A DNA stretch of 64,000 nt. Source: Candidatus Melainabacteria bacterium 17Bon1m. GTDB lineage: Bacteria > Cyanobacteriota > Vampirovibrionia > Obscuribacterales > Obscuribacteraceae. The notes beneath the pieces are model-generated. The model did not search any database. It saw only the letters and a program-made list of their open reading frames with translations, and was not told the origin of the DNA. Location: NCBI GenBank assembly GCA_032128875.1, contig JAVLKG010000003.1, forward strand, positions 289,008-353,007. Reading direction: 5' to 3'. The position numbers and the translations under genes are program-made. Shown here one piece after another: positions 17,701 to 28,286 of the stretch (the stretch's first letter is position 1; each line of letters starts with the position of its first letter).

Positions 17701-18171
17701 CTAGTCTCCGCCGCCAGCGGCGAAGTCGGGGCCGTTTTCTGTCATATTCCAGCGAAGCAATTCGCGGCGCCATTCCAAGTCGGCTTGCGCTTCTTTGAGA
17801 AGTGCCGACAATCCTTGGAAGTCTGCAAATGACAGGTCGATTGCCATACCGAGGTCGAATGTGAGTTTTACTCTTTCGCAGTTAGGCGCACAAGACATGC
17901 AGACAATGTGGTCGGGACCGCAGACTTCGATGACCTTGCTGTCTTCGCACAATAAAGGATCTTTCTGCCAATGCACGTATTCAACGAACTCTTCGTTGTC
18001 TTCCACGCTTTGCTGAATCAGTAAAACCAGCGCTTGATACTGAATGGTAGTCAGATAGACAGTGACTTCCTGGCGGCGAAAGTCAAGCGCGAATTCTCCA
18101 TTTTCCTTGTCCAGATAAAGGTCCGCAAAAGCGTTGGCGAAGCTTATTTGATGCGGGCTGCTAGTTTTCAT
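17701..18171 (-). CDS. Hypothetical protein with a Cys cluster and an apparent internal duplication
   Basis: 156-aa ORF 61 nt downstream of hemB on the same strand; CEDSKVIEVCGPDHIVCMSCAPNC. Confidence 0.7.
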   Translation of the reverse strand: MKTSSPHQISFANAFADLYLDKENGEFALDFRRQEVTVYLTTIQYQALVLLIQQSVEDNEEFVEYVHWQKDPLLCEDSKVIEVCGPDHIVCMSCAPNCERVKLTFDLGMAIDLSFADFQGLSALLKEAQADLEWRRELLRWNMTENGPDFAAGGGD

Positions 18172-18232
18172 CTGTGCGGGTTCCTCTGAGCTTTCGCAGG
18201 AAGACGGTGATTCGGGATTCGTTGATTCTGAC

Positions 18233-19258
18233 TTACTCTTCTTTTAGCCAATTCGCGATGTCACGTGCGTGATAAGTGATGATCATGTCGGCACCGGCGC
18301 GAACTACCCCTGTTAGGGTTTCGAGAACTACTCGGCGTTCGTCGATCCAGCCATTCTGAGCTGCAGCTTTTACCATCGAGTACTCTCCAGACACATTATA
18401 AGCGGCAATCGGCAGATCCGTAATTTGTCTGGCTTTTGTAATTATGTCCAAATAGGAAAGAGCGGGTTTGACCATGACGATATCAGCGCCTTCGGCGATG
18501 TCCTGCTCGATCTCTCTGAGCGCTTCGCGCCCGTTGGCCGGGTCCATTTGATAGGACTTGCGGTCGCCGAATTGAGGCGCTGACTGGGCCGCAACGCGGA
18601 ATGGTCCGTAGAGTCCGGAGGCGAATTTTGCTGCATAAGACATGATCGGAATGTGATGGAAGCCGCTGGCATCAAGAGCTTTGCGAATTACAGCTACGCG
18701 CAAGTCCATCATGTCGGAAGGGGCGATGATGTCTGCGCCAGCTTCGGCTTGAGCCACAGCTGTGCGAGCAATGATTTGCAGCGTGGGGTCATTTAGCACT
18801 TTGCCGTCGGCGATGAGACCGCAGTGCCCATGGTCTGTGTATTCGCATAGGCACAGGTCGGCAACGACGACCATATCGGGGAAGTGTTTTTTGATTTCCC
18901 GCATGGCTTTCTGAATGATGCCGTCTTTATGCCAAGCACCCGAGCCTTCAGCGTCCTTGCTGTCGGGGATACCAAACAGGAGGATGGATTTGATGCCTTG
19001 TTTTTGAACTTCTTCGACTTCTTTCAGCACTTCATCAATCGTTTGTTGATAAATGCCGGGCATTGAGCTGATTGGCTTTCTCTCTTTCTTGCCTTCAATG
19101 ATGAAGAAGGGGTAAATCAGCTTGTCGGTGCGTAGATGGGTTTCGCGAACCATGTCTCTGAGCTGCGGCGTCGATCTCAGGCGGCGCATGCGATGGGCGC
19201 CTTCAGGAATGAGATCGTTAAGAGAGAGCTTTTCAATCGTTGCTGCAGTGTCGCTCAT
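18233..19258 (-). CDS. hemB: Porphobilinogen synthase (ALA dehydratase)
   Basis: [47 protein letters not shown]. Confidence 0.97.
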   Translation of the reverse strand: MSDTAATIEKLSLNDLIPEGAHRMRRLRSTPQLRDMVRETHLRTDKLIYPFFIIEGKKERKPISSMPGIYQQTIDEVLKEVEEVQKQGIKSILLFGIPDSKDAEGSGAWHKDGIIQKAMREIKKHFPDMVVVADLCLCEYTDHGHCGLIADGKVLNDPTLQIIARTAVAQAEAGADIIAPSDMMDLRVAVIRKALDASGFHHIPIMSYAAKFASGLYGPFRVAAQSAPQFGDRKSYQMDPANGREALREIEQDIAEGADIVMVKPALSYLDIITKARQITDLPIAAYNVSGEYSMVKAAAQNGWIDERRVVLETLTGVVRAGADMIITYHARDIANWLKEE

Positions 19259-19507
19259 GGAAATCCTCTATGGAAAAGTTTTAGACCGCTGACGGCATTT
19301 CGCCGAACGCGATCGATAACTGGAATGGATAAGTATAACCAATAAATATATTCTTGTTGAAAAGCTTTCAGGTACAGGGCAGGTTTTCGGTCGCCAAATG
19401 CCGATCCTGGCAGATATTTAATGCGCTCAAAGGCTGACCTGGACCGGGCTTGTGGGTCACAATGCGATGAAAAAATTACGAATCCCCGTCCAGCCCACAA
19501 ATTTACA

Positions 19508-20629
19508 ATGCCAACAGACCTGCCCAGGCAAAGAAGAAAAACCGAGCGTATTACCGCCGAATTCGCCCTTCCCGGCAGCCGTTCGGGCACTGCTTCAACG
19601 GGCGCGCAGGTAAGATTTCCCACCGTTACACTCATGGCTTATGGTCCAGACGGCTGTGAAGAAAGGGAAGTGCGCGAGCCTGCCGATTTGATCGGTTACC
19701 TGGCTAACTGGCCGGTGTGCTGGATCACCATCGATCCACCTGGTGAGGGATACGAAGCGACGGTTGCAATTGAGAATTTCGCGAAGCTTTTCAATCTGCA
19801 CGAACTGGAAATCGAAGATATCGTCAACGTGCATCAACGCGCCAAAGTAGAAGAGTACGGTGAACACCTCTTCGTTGTAACCCGTATGCTGATAGATCCA
19901 TCGACCGCAGAAACCGAGCAATTGAGCATGTTTCTCGGGCGCAATTATGTTTTGACCTTTCGCGAAGTTCCTACCGATTGTCTGGAACCTGTTCGAGAAA
20001 AAATTCGCAAAGGGCGTGGCCGGGTGCGGCAAGAACAAGCTGACTACTTAATGTACGCAATCTGTGACGCCGTCGTAGATAGCTATTTCCCGCTGTTGTC
20101 CGCATTAGCCGATCAGTTGGATCAGATGGAAGACAACATATTGGAAAACAGTGGTGACGAGGCGGAAGCAGCGGCAACGATGTATCAAATTCGTCGCGAC
20201 CTTCTTTCAATACGGCGCGCAATTTGGCCGACAAGAGAACTTCTCAGCACATTGACGCGCGACACTGTGCCTCTAGTTACAGAGACCACTCGCGTCTACC
20301 TTCGCGATTGCTACGACCACGCTGTCCGCATCATCGACCTTGTGGAAATGTACCGCGAAGTAAGCACGGCCCTTATGGAAGTGCACTACCAGCGGGCTAG
20401 CAATAGGCTCAATGAAGTAATGAAGGTGCTTACTGTCATTACAACACTGTTCATTCCGCCGACACTGATTGCCGGAATTTACGGTATGAATTTCGAGCAC
20501 ATGCCGGAATTGAAATGGCCGTTTGGTTATCCAATTGCACTCTTGACGATGGCTCTTGTTTCCCTTGTCCTTCTGGCGTTCTTGCATATGAAAGGTTGGC
20601 TGCGCACAAAACCACGTGCGCGGCGATAG
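19508..20629 (+). CDS. corA: Mg2+/Co2+ transporter CorA
   Basis: HQRAKVEEY, YLRDCYDH, NEVMKVLT, GIYGMNFEHMPEL; start uncertain (ORF open from 19421). Confidence 0.93.
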   Translation: MPTDLPRQRRKTERITAEFALPGSRSGTASTGAQVRFPTVTLMAYGPDGCEEREVREPADLIGYLANWPVCWITIDPPGEGYEATVAIENFAKLFNLHELEIEDIVNVHQRAKVEEYGEHLFVVTRMLIDPSTAETEQLSMFLGRNYVLTFREVPTDCLEPVREKIRKGRGRVRQEQADYLMYAICDAVVDSYFPLLSALADQLDQMEDNILENSGDEAEAAATMYQIRRDLLSIRRAIWPTRELLSTLTRDTVPLVTETTRVYLRDCYDHAVRIIDLVEMYREVSTALMEVHYQRASNRLNEVMKVLTVITTLFIPPTLIAGIYGMNFEHMPELKWPFGYPIALLTMALVSLVLLAFLHMKGWLRTKPRARR

Positions 20630-20632
20630 TCA

Positions 20633-21391
20633 GTGGCGCTTCCTTCATTTCCACAAGCTATGGCAATGACTGCAGTGCAGCTCTCCATTGTCTTTGTCCC
20701 GATTGCCCTATATGGCGCCGTAAAAAGATCAAAAGAGATTTTTCGCCTTTCTGTGATTTCTCTGGTGCTTGTGTTCGCGCAGTCTGCAATTCTCTTTATG
20801 GCGAGTTTTGACGCTCTGTCTACGCTCCAGTACAACTGGCTGCAGAAATTTATCGTTTTCATATGCGCAATACTTTTGTGCAAACCATTAGGTGTTACAC
20901 CAAAAGAATGCGGATTTTTTCTCCCATCCAGCCGGACTGCATTGCTCTTCGCTTTTCTCGTCGGGACGGTGTATGCGGGCATCGACATTCTCGGAATTGA
21001 AGAACACAAAATACCTACGATTGAAACAGTTCTTTTCCAGCTTACTATGCCAGGTTTGCAGGAAGAACCTTTTTATCGCGGCTTATTGCTGAGTCTTTGG
21101 GATAAACATTTTGGTCGCCCGATCAAGGTTCTAGGCGTTAACTTTGGTTTGGGAAGCGTCATTACGACGGCGATTTTCACCGTCGTGCATTTAGTGTTTC
21201 TTGATGAGAATTGGAAGTTGGCAGTGAATCCAAACATTCTCGAGTGGATCAACTTTATCGTCTTCAGTTTTGTTATGTGCTGGTTGCGTTATAAATTTGA
21301 AAGCGTCTGGCCGTGTGTCTTGGCGCACAACTTCGACAATGGTTTTGTAAAACTGTTTTCCTGGTTTGTCAGCACTCATCCTCGCAGCTGA
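20633..21391 (+). CDS. CPBP/Abi (CAAX-type) intramembrane metalloprotease
   Basis: Multi-TM; QEEPFYRG, FTVVH, AHNFDN motifs. Confidence 0.88.
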   Translation: MALPSFPQAMAMTAVQLSIVFVPIALYGAVKRSKEIFRLSVISLVLVFAQSAILFMASFDALSTLQYNWLQKFIVFICAILLCKPLGVTPKECGFFLPSSRTALLFAFLVGTVYAGIDILGIEEHKIPTIETVLFQLTMPGLQEEPFYRGLLLSLWDKHFGRPIKVLGVNFGLGSVITTAIFTVVHLVFLDENWKLAVNPNILEWINFIVFSFVMCWLRYKFESVWPCVLAHNFDNGFVKLFSWFVSTHPRS

Positions 21392-21420
21392 AAGCAGTGT
21401 GCCGTTGAAAGAGGCTCGAT

Positions 21421-22269
21421 TCAGTCTTTCTGGACGCCTTTCACGACAGCGTCGACGAGACCATCGATGGTAAAGACGTTGGCTTCTATATCAACTCGCC
21501 CGAGATGTTTTCTGGCGGCAGCCGAGGTTTCCGGACCGATGGTAGCGATGACAACGCCTTCTAGTGCGTAGGTTATGCTGTCCATTCCGATTGGCACTTC
21601 GATATTTTTGTCGCCAAGTTTTTTGTTTATACCTGTCGTCAAAATTGTTTTTAGATTGCGCGCGCTTTGCGCACTTGCCAGTGTAATTACATCAACCACG
21701 TTCTTCCAGAGCAAGGTGGTGAGCCGTTCTGCGATCTCCTGCTCGTTGGGAGGAAGCGAGGTGTGATATGCCTCTACGACGTCAACTTTTGCTCCTGCCT
21801 CTGTCATTCTATCGAGCACATATGGTCTACCTACGTTCGTGCGCGGCCATAAGATGCGCTTGCCATGCAGATTTGGATAGTCAGGAAATTCGGCCACCAG
21901 AGTCTCGGCGATAAAAGTCGAGGGACAAAAGCTTGCCTTAATACCATGTTCTTCAAGGGAGCTTGCAGTTCCCGGGCCGATAACGGCAAACTTGGTAAAG
22001 TCCAATTCTTCTTTGCCGATTCCGACTTGCGCCGAGCGGGCAACAAAGGCGTCGACTGCGTTTGCCGAGGCGAAAAGAACCCAATCATATCTTTTGATTT
22101 TCTCTATCGCTTCGTCAAGTGGTGCCCATGAATCAGGTGCTGTAATGGAAATTACGGGAAACTCGTAAATCTCTGCACCTAAATCTTTGAATTTCGAAGA
22201 CAAGCCGGCCGCCTGCTTTTTCGAGCGGGTCACAACTATTCGCAGTCCTTGCAGGGGCAGGTCGGTCAT
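21421..22269 (-). CDS. hemD: Uroporphyrinogen-III synthase
   Basis: IVVTRSKKQA, FASANAV, VIGPGTA, IGPETS; follows hemC. Confidence 0.92.
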   Translation of the reverse strand: MTDLPLQGLRIVVTRSKKQAAGLSSKFKDLGAEIYEFPVISITAPDSWAPLDEAIEKIKRYDWVLFASANAVDAFVARSAQVGIGKEELDFTKFAVIGPGTASSLEEHGIKASFCPSTFIAETLVAEFPDYPNLHGKRILWPRTNVGRPYVLDRMTEAGAKVDVVEAYHTSLPPNEQEIAERLTTLLWKNVVDVITLASAQSARNLKTILTTGINKKLGDKNIEVPIGMDSITYALEGVVIATIGPETSAAARKHLGRVDIEANVFTIDGLVDAVVKGVQKD

Positions 22270-22291
22270 CGTCTTGAATTAAGAAACTTGC

Positions 22292-23278
22292 TTACGGAGC
22301 TGATACCACATTTGGTGTTTGACGCCTGAGTTCTTCCATAATTTTGTCGCCTCCGGCACTCAACATTTTGTGTGCCAGATCTAGCCCTGTTTGGGCTGCT
22401 GCTTCCAGATTCCCACTTACTTTGCGTGACAGCGATTCTCTCATCAATTCTCTCCCGTCCAGTGATGCAATGCATCCGGTCAGGGTAATCGTGTCATTCT
22501 CGATGATGGCGCTGGCGCCGACCGGTACGGAGCATCCGCCGCCCAGTGTGCCGAGATATGCTCTTTCGCATTCCGCTTCTAGTCTGGCATTCCAGTCTTG
22601 AATTTCTTTGAGCAAATCTATTAGTGCTCCGTCACTGCTGCGGCATTCGATGGCGAGAGCCGCTTGACCTGCAGCTGGAGTCACTGTTTGCGTATCGAAG
22701 TAGTGACTGATGCGACCTTTCATCTCCAGCCTGTTCAGCCCTGCGCAAGCAAGCACAATGGCGTCGCAATAGCCTTCGTCGAATTTGCGAACACGCGTCG
22801 GCACATTGCCTCGGATGTCGACAAATTCTATGTCTTTGCGAAGATGCAATAGCTGAGCGGCGCGACGTCTGCTTGATGTAGCGATGCGGCTGCCGGCAGG
22901 TAGTTTTGAAAATTCCAGATTATCTTTGGATAGCAGCACGTCGCGCGGATCATTTCTGTCCAAAACCGCAGCCAGGCAGAGGCTTGGTGGCATGTCGGTG
23001 GGCAGGTCTTTCAAGCTGTGGACAACGAGGTCCACTTCGTCGCGCAGAAGAGCCTCTTCCAGTTCTTTGACGAACACGCCGCGTCCGCCCAATTCCGCTA
23101 TCGGACGGTCGAGAACTTTGTCGCCCTTTGTCGTGATCGGTACAATTTCAATTTCAACTGATGCCGAACTTGCATTCAGTCGAGTCTGGACAATATCGGT
23201 TTGCAAAAGCGCTAACTTACTTTCTCTGGTCCCGATTCGAATTTTGCGCGGCGTTTGAGCCGTTTTAGAACTTTGCAT
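22292..23278 (-). CDS. hemC: Hydroxymethylbilane synthase (porphobilinogen deaminase)
   Basis: IGTRESKLALLQ, FVKELEEAL, HSLKDLP, IRGNVPTR, LGGGCSVP; ATG 23278 chosen to avoid overlap with hemA. Confidence 0.96.
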   Translation of the reverse strand: MQSSKTAQTPRKIRIGTRESKLALLQTDIVQTRLNASSASVEIEIVPITTKGDKVLDRPIAELGGRGVFVKELEEALLRDEVDLVVHSLKDLPTDMPPSLCLAAVLDRNDPRDVLLSKDNLEFSKLPAGSRIATSSRRRAAQLLHLRKDIEFVDIRGNVPTRVRKFDEGYCDAIVLACAGLNRLEMKGRISHYFDTQTVTPAAGQAALAIECRSSDGALIDLLKEIQDWNARLEAECERAYLGTLGGGCSVPVGASAIIENDTITLTGCIASLDGRELMRESLSRKVSGNLEAAAQTGLDLAHKMLSAGGDKIMEELRRQTPNVVSAP

Positions 23279-23316
23279 GACCTGTTGTTTGTCATCAGAA
23301 ATACAAATCGCTGGGC

Positions 23317-24660
23317 TTACGATTCGCCTGCGTGCGAGCGCTTGCGACGTTGCGAGCGAGCGGCATGCGTGCACGACAGCGGGTCGAGACTAAACAGTGT
23401 GCGCAGTGCTTCTGCTTGCTGTCTCAGTATTTCGTAATCCGTCGTGGCTTTCAATTGAACAGTTGGTTGATGAAGAATTTGATTCACGATCGCGCGACTG
23501 ATGTGCTCAATCTCTTCAGGATGAGATGCCGAAGTTTTGTGCGACGACGTTTTTACCATGTGTTCGAGACGAATCGATTCGATTTTCTCGCGCAGCTCAG
23601 CAATTGTCGGACCGACAAGCTGTGAGCGTTGCCACCCGTGGAATGCATCGAGACCTTCGAAAACAATCGCTTCAGCGCCGGCAATGCAAGCTTCTCTTTC
23701 TTCCAGGTTGCGCGTCACGATGTTTGCCAGCGCATCCGAATTGAAGAGCGAAACGTCCTCAATTTCCTGAACAGCAGGGTCGACGTTGCGCGGGACAGAG
23801 ATGTCGATAATGCACGTCGGCTTTTTGCCGTGCTTTTGGCGAGCGGCGTTGAGCTCTTCCATGTCCAAAATCGTTTTGGGTGCACTGGTCGAAACGATGA
23901 CCAGATCAGCTTTCGCTGCCGCTTCATAGCGATCGTCAAAGCTGGTTTCGGTGTTCAGTCTTTGCAGATTAGGAAGATTGTTTTTGACAAACTCTGCCAG
24001 GCGCTCAGGTGTGCGATTGAGCAGGTTTACTTTGCCCGTGCCTTCTTCGGAAAGCAGGAGCTTGACGCAAATTTGTGCCATGCGCCCGGCGCCTACTACT
24101 GCGACGTTCAAATTATTGAGAGCGCCGACTTGGCTGCGAGCCAGTTCGAGAGCTGCAGAGCTTACCGAAACCGCGCGTCTGCCCATTTCTGTTTCGCTGC
24201 GCACGCGCTTGCCGCAATTGAGCGCCAGCATGAAAAGGTGGTCCAGAATCGGACCGGCGGTTTTTGCCTCTAGTGCAGCCTGATGAGCCTCTTTTACTTG
24301 CGCCATGATTTGCGCTTCGCCAAGGACCATGCTGTCCAAACCGGCTGCGACGCGGAAAAGGTGAACCGCGACGTCCTCGCGCAACAGCTTGAAATTCGGC
24401 TTGAGCGCGCCGTGGTCGCCAATTTGCTGGGTGGATGAGAAGAAGAAGTCGATTTCGCGCCAGCCCGCTTGAACATCCGAGACTACGGCATAAACTTCAG
24501 TGCGATTGCAGGTTGACAAGAGAACCGCTTCTGTCACATGCGGCAATCTCTTGAGTGCTTCGAGCGCATGTTTGAGGCAGGACTGCGGAATTGTAAAGCG
24601 CTCGCGAATGGCGATCGGCGAGGAATGGTAATTGAGTCCGCAGACAACGAGATGACTCAT
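23317..24660 (-). CDS. hemA: Glutamyl-tRNA reductase
   Basis: LSTCNRTEVY, GLDSMVLGEAQI, VVGAGRMA, DISVPRNVD. Confidence 0.97.
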   Translation of the reverse strand: MSHLVVCGLNYHSSPIAIRERFTIPQSCLKHALEALKRLPHVTEAVLLSTCNRTEVYAVVSDVQAGWREIDFFFSSTQQIGDHGALKPNFKLLREDVAVHLFRVAAGLDSMVLGEAQIMAQVKEAHQAALEAKTAGPILDHLFMLALNCGKRVRSETEMGRRAVSVSSAALELARSQVGALNNLNVAVVGAGRMAQICVKLLLSEEGTGKVNLLNRTPERLAEFVKNNLPNLQRLNTETSFDDRYEAAAKADLVIVSTSAPKTILDMEELNAARQKHGKKPTCIIDISVPRNVDPAVQEIEDVSLFNSDALANIVTRNLEEREACIAGAEAIVFEGLDAFHGWQRSQLVGPTIAELREKIESIRLEHMVKTSSHKTSASHPEEIEHISRAIVNQILHQPTVQLKATTDYEILRQQAEALRTLFSLDPLSCTHAARSQRRKRSHAGES

Positions 24661-25101
24661 TCGGGTCGTTGTCCTGAAAAAGCTGGGGATTCCTGATATT
24701 TCATGCCGCAGATTATATCTGTAGAGATATGTCTAAAGCTTGAAAGAGATCAAAGGGTAACGAAACTATTTCTAATAAGCGCGCGAAACCACCAATATAA
24801 AGCACTCCGACTGATAAGGCTTTGCAAATGTTGCGACTGGCATTCGTGATGAGGGCCCTTCGATTCGCTTGTCTCAAATGCTCCGAAAGATGACGACTTT
24901 CCAGTGTCGCCGTATGCCCGAAAAGCCCGCCAAATGGCACCTCTTCTTTTTGCTGCTGCCCACGCCTTTGACTGTTAATCCCCAAAAGGTCCACAGGCGC
25001 CAAAAGTTTTGTCGTACTTCGACTCCCAAAACCTCAGTGCTTTTTGGAGTAAATCAGACTTTTGAAATTGAAGGTGGGATTGCGAACAGATTAAGTTCGG
25101 A

Positions 25102-26046
25102 TCAGTATTTCGCTCGGTTTATCCACAAATTGTTATGCCACTCATCCAATTTGGTTTTCAATTCCGGATGAATTTTGAGTGTGAGCCAATACAGGCCATC
25201 TAGCACTCGGAAACTGGGGCGCGAAAGCATGTCGTCTTTCGGGTCAGGCGAGTAAAAGAGGCGATTCTCCTTAACGGCTCTGAGCTTGTTCCACGGGAAG
25301 CGCTTAAACAGTTGCTGCTCCTTTGCGTCGTAAGGCAAAACAATCAGATCCGGGTCAGCCATGATCAGTCGTTCTGCAGAAAAATGCGGGTAGGGTTGTC
25401 GAATATTGGCAGCAATATTGGTGCCACCGCACGTGGTGATGACATCATTGAGAAAGCTGTTTTGTCCGACTGTGAGTAATGGTTGTGCCCATGTGCAGTA
25501 GAACACTTTTGGTCGTGTCTTTGCGCTTTTGACAATTGCCGTCAATTGAGAAATTGCATTCTCGAAAGCCAGAGCGACTTCGGCTCCGCGCTTTTCTTTT
25601 CTGCAAAATTTGCCGATTTGGCGAAGGTTGTTCGGTATGTCAGCCAGTGTGTTATTACTCAGCGACTTTACCTTGAATCCGCGCGCTGACAAAGTATGCG
25701 CGATCGCTTCTTGTCCGCTCACGACTAGAACAAAGTCTGGTTTTAAACGCATCATTCGCTCTAAATTCGCCGATACGAATGTGCCTGCGATCGGAACACC
25801 CTTCAGTGTTTGATCGGCATTGGGCAGAACTTGAGGGCAATTTGTGCAGACTCCTGCCAGCGAATTGCGTGCGCCTATATCAAGCAATAGTTCTGTATTT
25901 GAAGGCGCGAGCGAAACAACATTCGGTGGCGGCTGAGAATCTATAGCCGCCGCCGGTGTGATTGCGATGAGCGGCGCAAATGCAATGGCGACTAGGCTCG
26001 AAACACCAAAAGCTGAAGCCCGCAAGCCGTCTAAATTTCCATCCAC
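25102..26046 (-). CDS. BtuF-like periplasmic binding protein (cobalamin/heme/siderophore class)
   Basis: VVSLAPSNTELL, NSFLNDVITTCGGTNI, LSRPSFRVLDG; signal peptide. Confidence 0.85.
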   Translation of the reverse strand: MDGNLDGLRASAFGVSSLVAIAFAPLIAITPAAAIDSQPPPNVVSLAPSNTELLLDIGARNSLAGVCTNCPQVLPNADQTLKGVPIAGTFVSANLERMMRLKPDFVLVVSGQEAIAHTLSARGFKVKSLSNNTLADIPNNLRQIGKFCRKEKRGAEVALAFENAISQLTAIVKSAKTRPKVFYCTWAQPLLTVGQNSFLNDVITTCGGTNIAANIRQPYPHFSAERLIMADPDLIVLPYDAKEQQLFKRFPWNKLRAVKENRLFYSPDPKDDMLSRPSFRVLDGLYWLTLKIHPELKTKLDEWHNNLWINRAKY

Positions 26047-26591
26047 GCTAATACTTCCCTCACTCGCGCATCGCTGTCTTTATCGCTGATGGTAAGCGTT
26101 TTGTCCCACAAATTCCAATCGTACAAAGTCATGCGAATAATGCGGTCCATCTGCTTTTGGTAATCAGGCTCTGTCCAGCGAAAGCCGTCGTCCACCGGAG
26201 GAAACATTGGCGGCACATAGATGATATGCGTGTATGTTTCTGCCTGGCTGCGCGCTTTTGCATAGACTTCTTCTGTGTCGTAAGTCATCGCTGTGTTCTG
26301 GTTCCATCTTTGCCAGAGCGCCCAGCAATCAATGGTTGAGCGATCGGAGACGAAATTTTCCAAGCGATTCTCTTCTTCTATCTGGCGGTTCAAAACCTGC
26401 TTTTTGAACCCCTCCTGGTCGGGGATATTTCCTATCTTGTCGTATCCCATGTCCAGGCACATCTGGCGCGCCAGTTCTGGAATTATAGGTACAGAAAGCA
26501 AGGGAGCCAGCAGCTCCACTAGCGTGGTTTTGCCGACTCCGCTTGCGCCAGTTATGACAACCCTAGTTGTTGACTTTGGGTTTGTTGCCAT
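26031..26591 (-). CDS. P-loop NTPase, NadR/Ttd14 (AAA_28)-like kinase
   Basis: ITGASGVGKTTL, IPELAR, FVSDRSTID, DDGFR. Confidence 0.85.
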   Translation of the reverse strand: MATNPKSTTRVVITGASGVGKTTLVELLAPLLSVPIIPELARQMCLDMGYDKIGNIPDQEGFKKQVLNRQIEEENRLENFVSDRSTIDCWALWQRWNQNTAMTYDTEEVYAKARSQAETYTHIIYVPPMFPPVDDGFRWTEPDYQKQMDRIIRMTLYDWNLWDKTLTISDKDSDARVREVLAWMEI

Positions 26592-28104
26592 CCTCCAGCA
26601 TCACCTTTCTGTCGCGCTTGAGCGCTTCTGTGAGATCCAGCCCGGTCAGTCCTTTTACAAGGTGCACACTCTGTGCTGCCATATTGAGGATGTCCGAACT
26701 GATTTTGCTTGCGCCCGTCGAATCTCCGCCTGTCGATACAACTGTCATGTTGCCAATCTTGGAGAGCGGGGCCGAAGCGGCGGCTACGATGTCCGGCAAT
26801 CTTTCAATCATCATGCTGGACAGAGCAGCGTCATTGTATTGCTTAAAGGCTTCAGCTTTCTTGAGCATTGCTTCAGCTTCGGCTTGCCCCTTGGCGGCGA
26901 TGACCGTTGCTGCTGCAAGACCATGTGAGCGTTCGGCTTCTGCCTGGGCAAGACCAATTGCTTTGGTTGCTTCGGCTTCGGCGATGGCTTTCAATCTGGT
27001 AGCTTCCGCTTGACCGGCAGCCTGAAGTTTGGCTGTGGTTGCATCGGCTTCCGCCATCATTTTGCGCTTTTCCAGTTCGGCTTGAGCTAACAGGCGAACG
27101 CGAGTTTGCTCGGCTTCTGCTGGTTTTGTGATTTCGGTTTCCAACGAAATCTGGCGCTTTTGCACTTCAACTTGTTGCAGTTCGACTTCTTTCTGCGCTT
27201 CAACGATTTTGATCTTCTGGGTTTCTTCGATCAGCTTTTGTTGTGTTTGCGCTTTAACGATTTCGTACTGCATGTCTGATTGCGCTTTGGTGGTCGCAAT
27301 TTCTTGTTGATACTTCGCTTGTGCAAGTTGGAAGTTTTTCGATGCTTCGGCGACTTTCGTGTCGGCGATCAACTTCGCTTTGGCACCTTCTTCAGCAGCT
27401 TGTGCTTGGGCGATTGTTGAGTCTCTCGACGCTGCTGCCTGGGCAATCGTTGTTTCTTTGCTGGCGTTGGCTACACCGATGTCGGCTTCGCGTTTGGCTT
27501 CAGCTGTACGTTTGCGACCAAGGGCTTCCAAGTATCCGACATTGTCTCTCAACTCTTTCAATGTGAAAGAAACAACCGTCAGACCCATTTTTGCCAAGTC
27601 GGCGAGAGATACTTCTTGAACTTTTTGAGCGAACGAGTCGAAGCTTTGAATCAGCTCTTCAACTTCCATGGTGCCCAAGATTGCGCGCAGGTGACCTACG
27701 AGAGTTTCGTGGGCAATCTGCGAAATTTCAGTGTCGTCTTTATCAAGGAATTGTTCTGCGGCGGTGGCAATCGATGCCGGGTCGCCTTTCACTTTTACTT
27801 GTGCAACACCATCAACGAATACCGGTACACCGTTCTTCGTGATGATCGGGGCAAGAGACTTGATTTCGATCGTCATGACCTCAAGGCTCAAGAATGCTCG
27901 TTGTTGAATTACTGGGAAGACTGTTGTACCGCCACCGACGACGATTTTGAACTTTCTGTCGTCTTCGTTGGACAACATACCTGAAATGATCATTGCCTGG
28001 TTGGGTCCGCACTTTTGATAAAAGCTGGAAACCATCCAAACAAAAAAGGCGAGGCCGATGACTACCGCACCTACTATGCCGGCTACACCCATCTCAATAC
28101 CCAT
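26563..28104 (-). CDS. Flotillin (SPFH/band-7 domain plus AEA-rich coiled coil), FloT/YqiK-like
   Basis: N-terminal TM, SLEVMTIEI…GVAQVKV, GHLRAILGTM, GYLEALG, AEAEA repeats; GGAG RBS. Confidence 0.95.
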   Translation of the reverse strand: MGIEMGVAGIVGAVVIGLAFFVWMVSSFYQKCGPNQAMIISGMLSNEDDRKFKIVVGGGTTVFPVIQQRAFLSLEVMTIEIKSLAPIITKNGVPVFVDGVAQVKVKGDPASIATAAEQFLDKDDTEISQIAHETLVGHLRAILGTMEVEELIQSFDSFAQKVQEVSLADLAKMGLTVVSFTLKELRDNVGYLEALGRKRTAEAKREADIGVANASKETTIAQAAASRDSTIAQAQAAEEGAKAKLIADTKVAEASKNFQLAQAKYQQEIATTKAQSDMQYEIVKAQTQQKLIEETQKIKIVEAQKEVELQQVEVQKRQISLETEITKPAEAEQTRVRLLAQAELEKRKMMAEADATTAKLQAAGQAEATRLKAIAEAEATKAIGLAQAEAERSHGLAAATVIAAKGQAEAEAMLKKAEAFKQYNDAALSSMMIERLPDIVAAASAPLSKIGNMTVVSTGGDSTGASKISSDILNMAAQSVHLVKGLTGLDLTEALKRDRKVMLEDGNKPKVNN

Positions 28105-28286
28105 GTGTTTTCTCCTTGTTTGTGCCGCTTATTTTTTATTAGCAGCCATACTCGAATATTGCCCCTACGGTGCCCCTTCTAACTAAATAAAACCTGAAAT
28201 AGTGATGGCGCATGTGGTGGCACGGCGAAAGCAAAATTTTATATTTGCGTAAGACGATGCACCACTCGGCATGCTGTAGCTCTTAA

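Noticed and set aside
23279-23374. Long hemA/hemC overlap in the ORF track
   Set aside because: ATG 23278 gives a normal HemC N-terminus with no overlap.
24661-25101. Possible cobalamin riboswitch between the btuF-like gene and hemA
   Set aside because: Only a loose GACACTGGAAAG resemblance on the minus strand; the other B12-box elements were not found.
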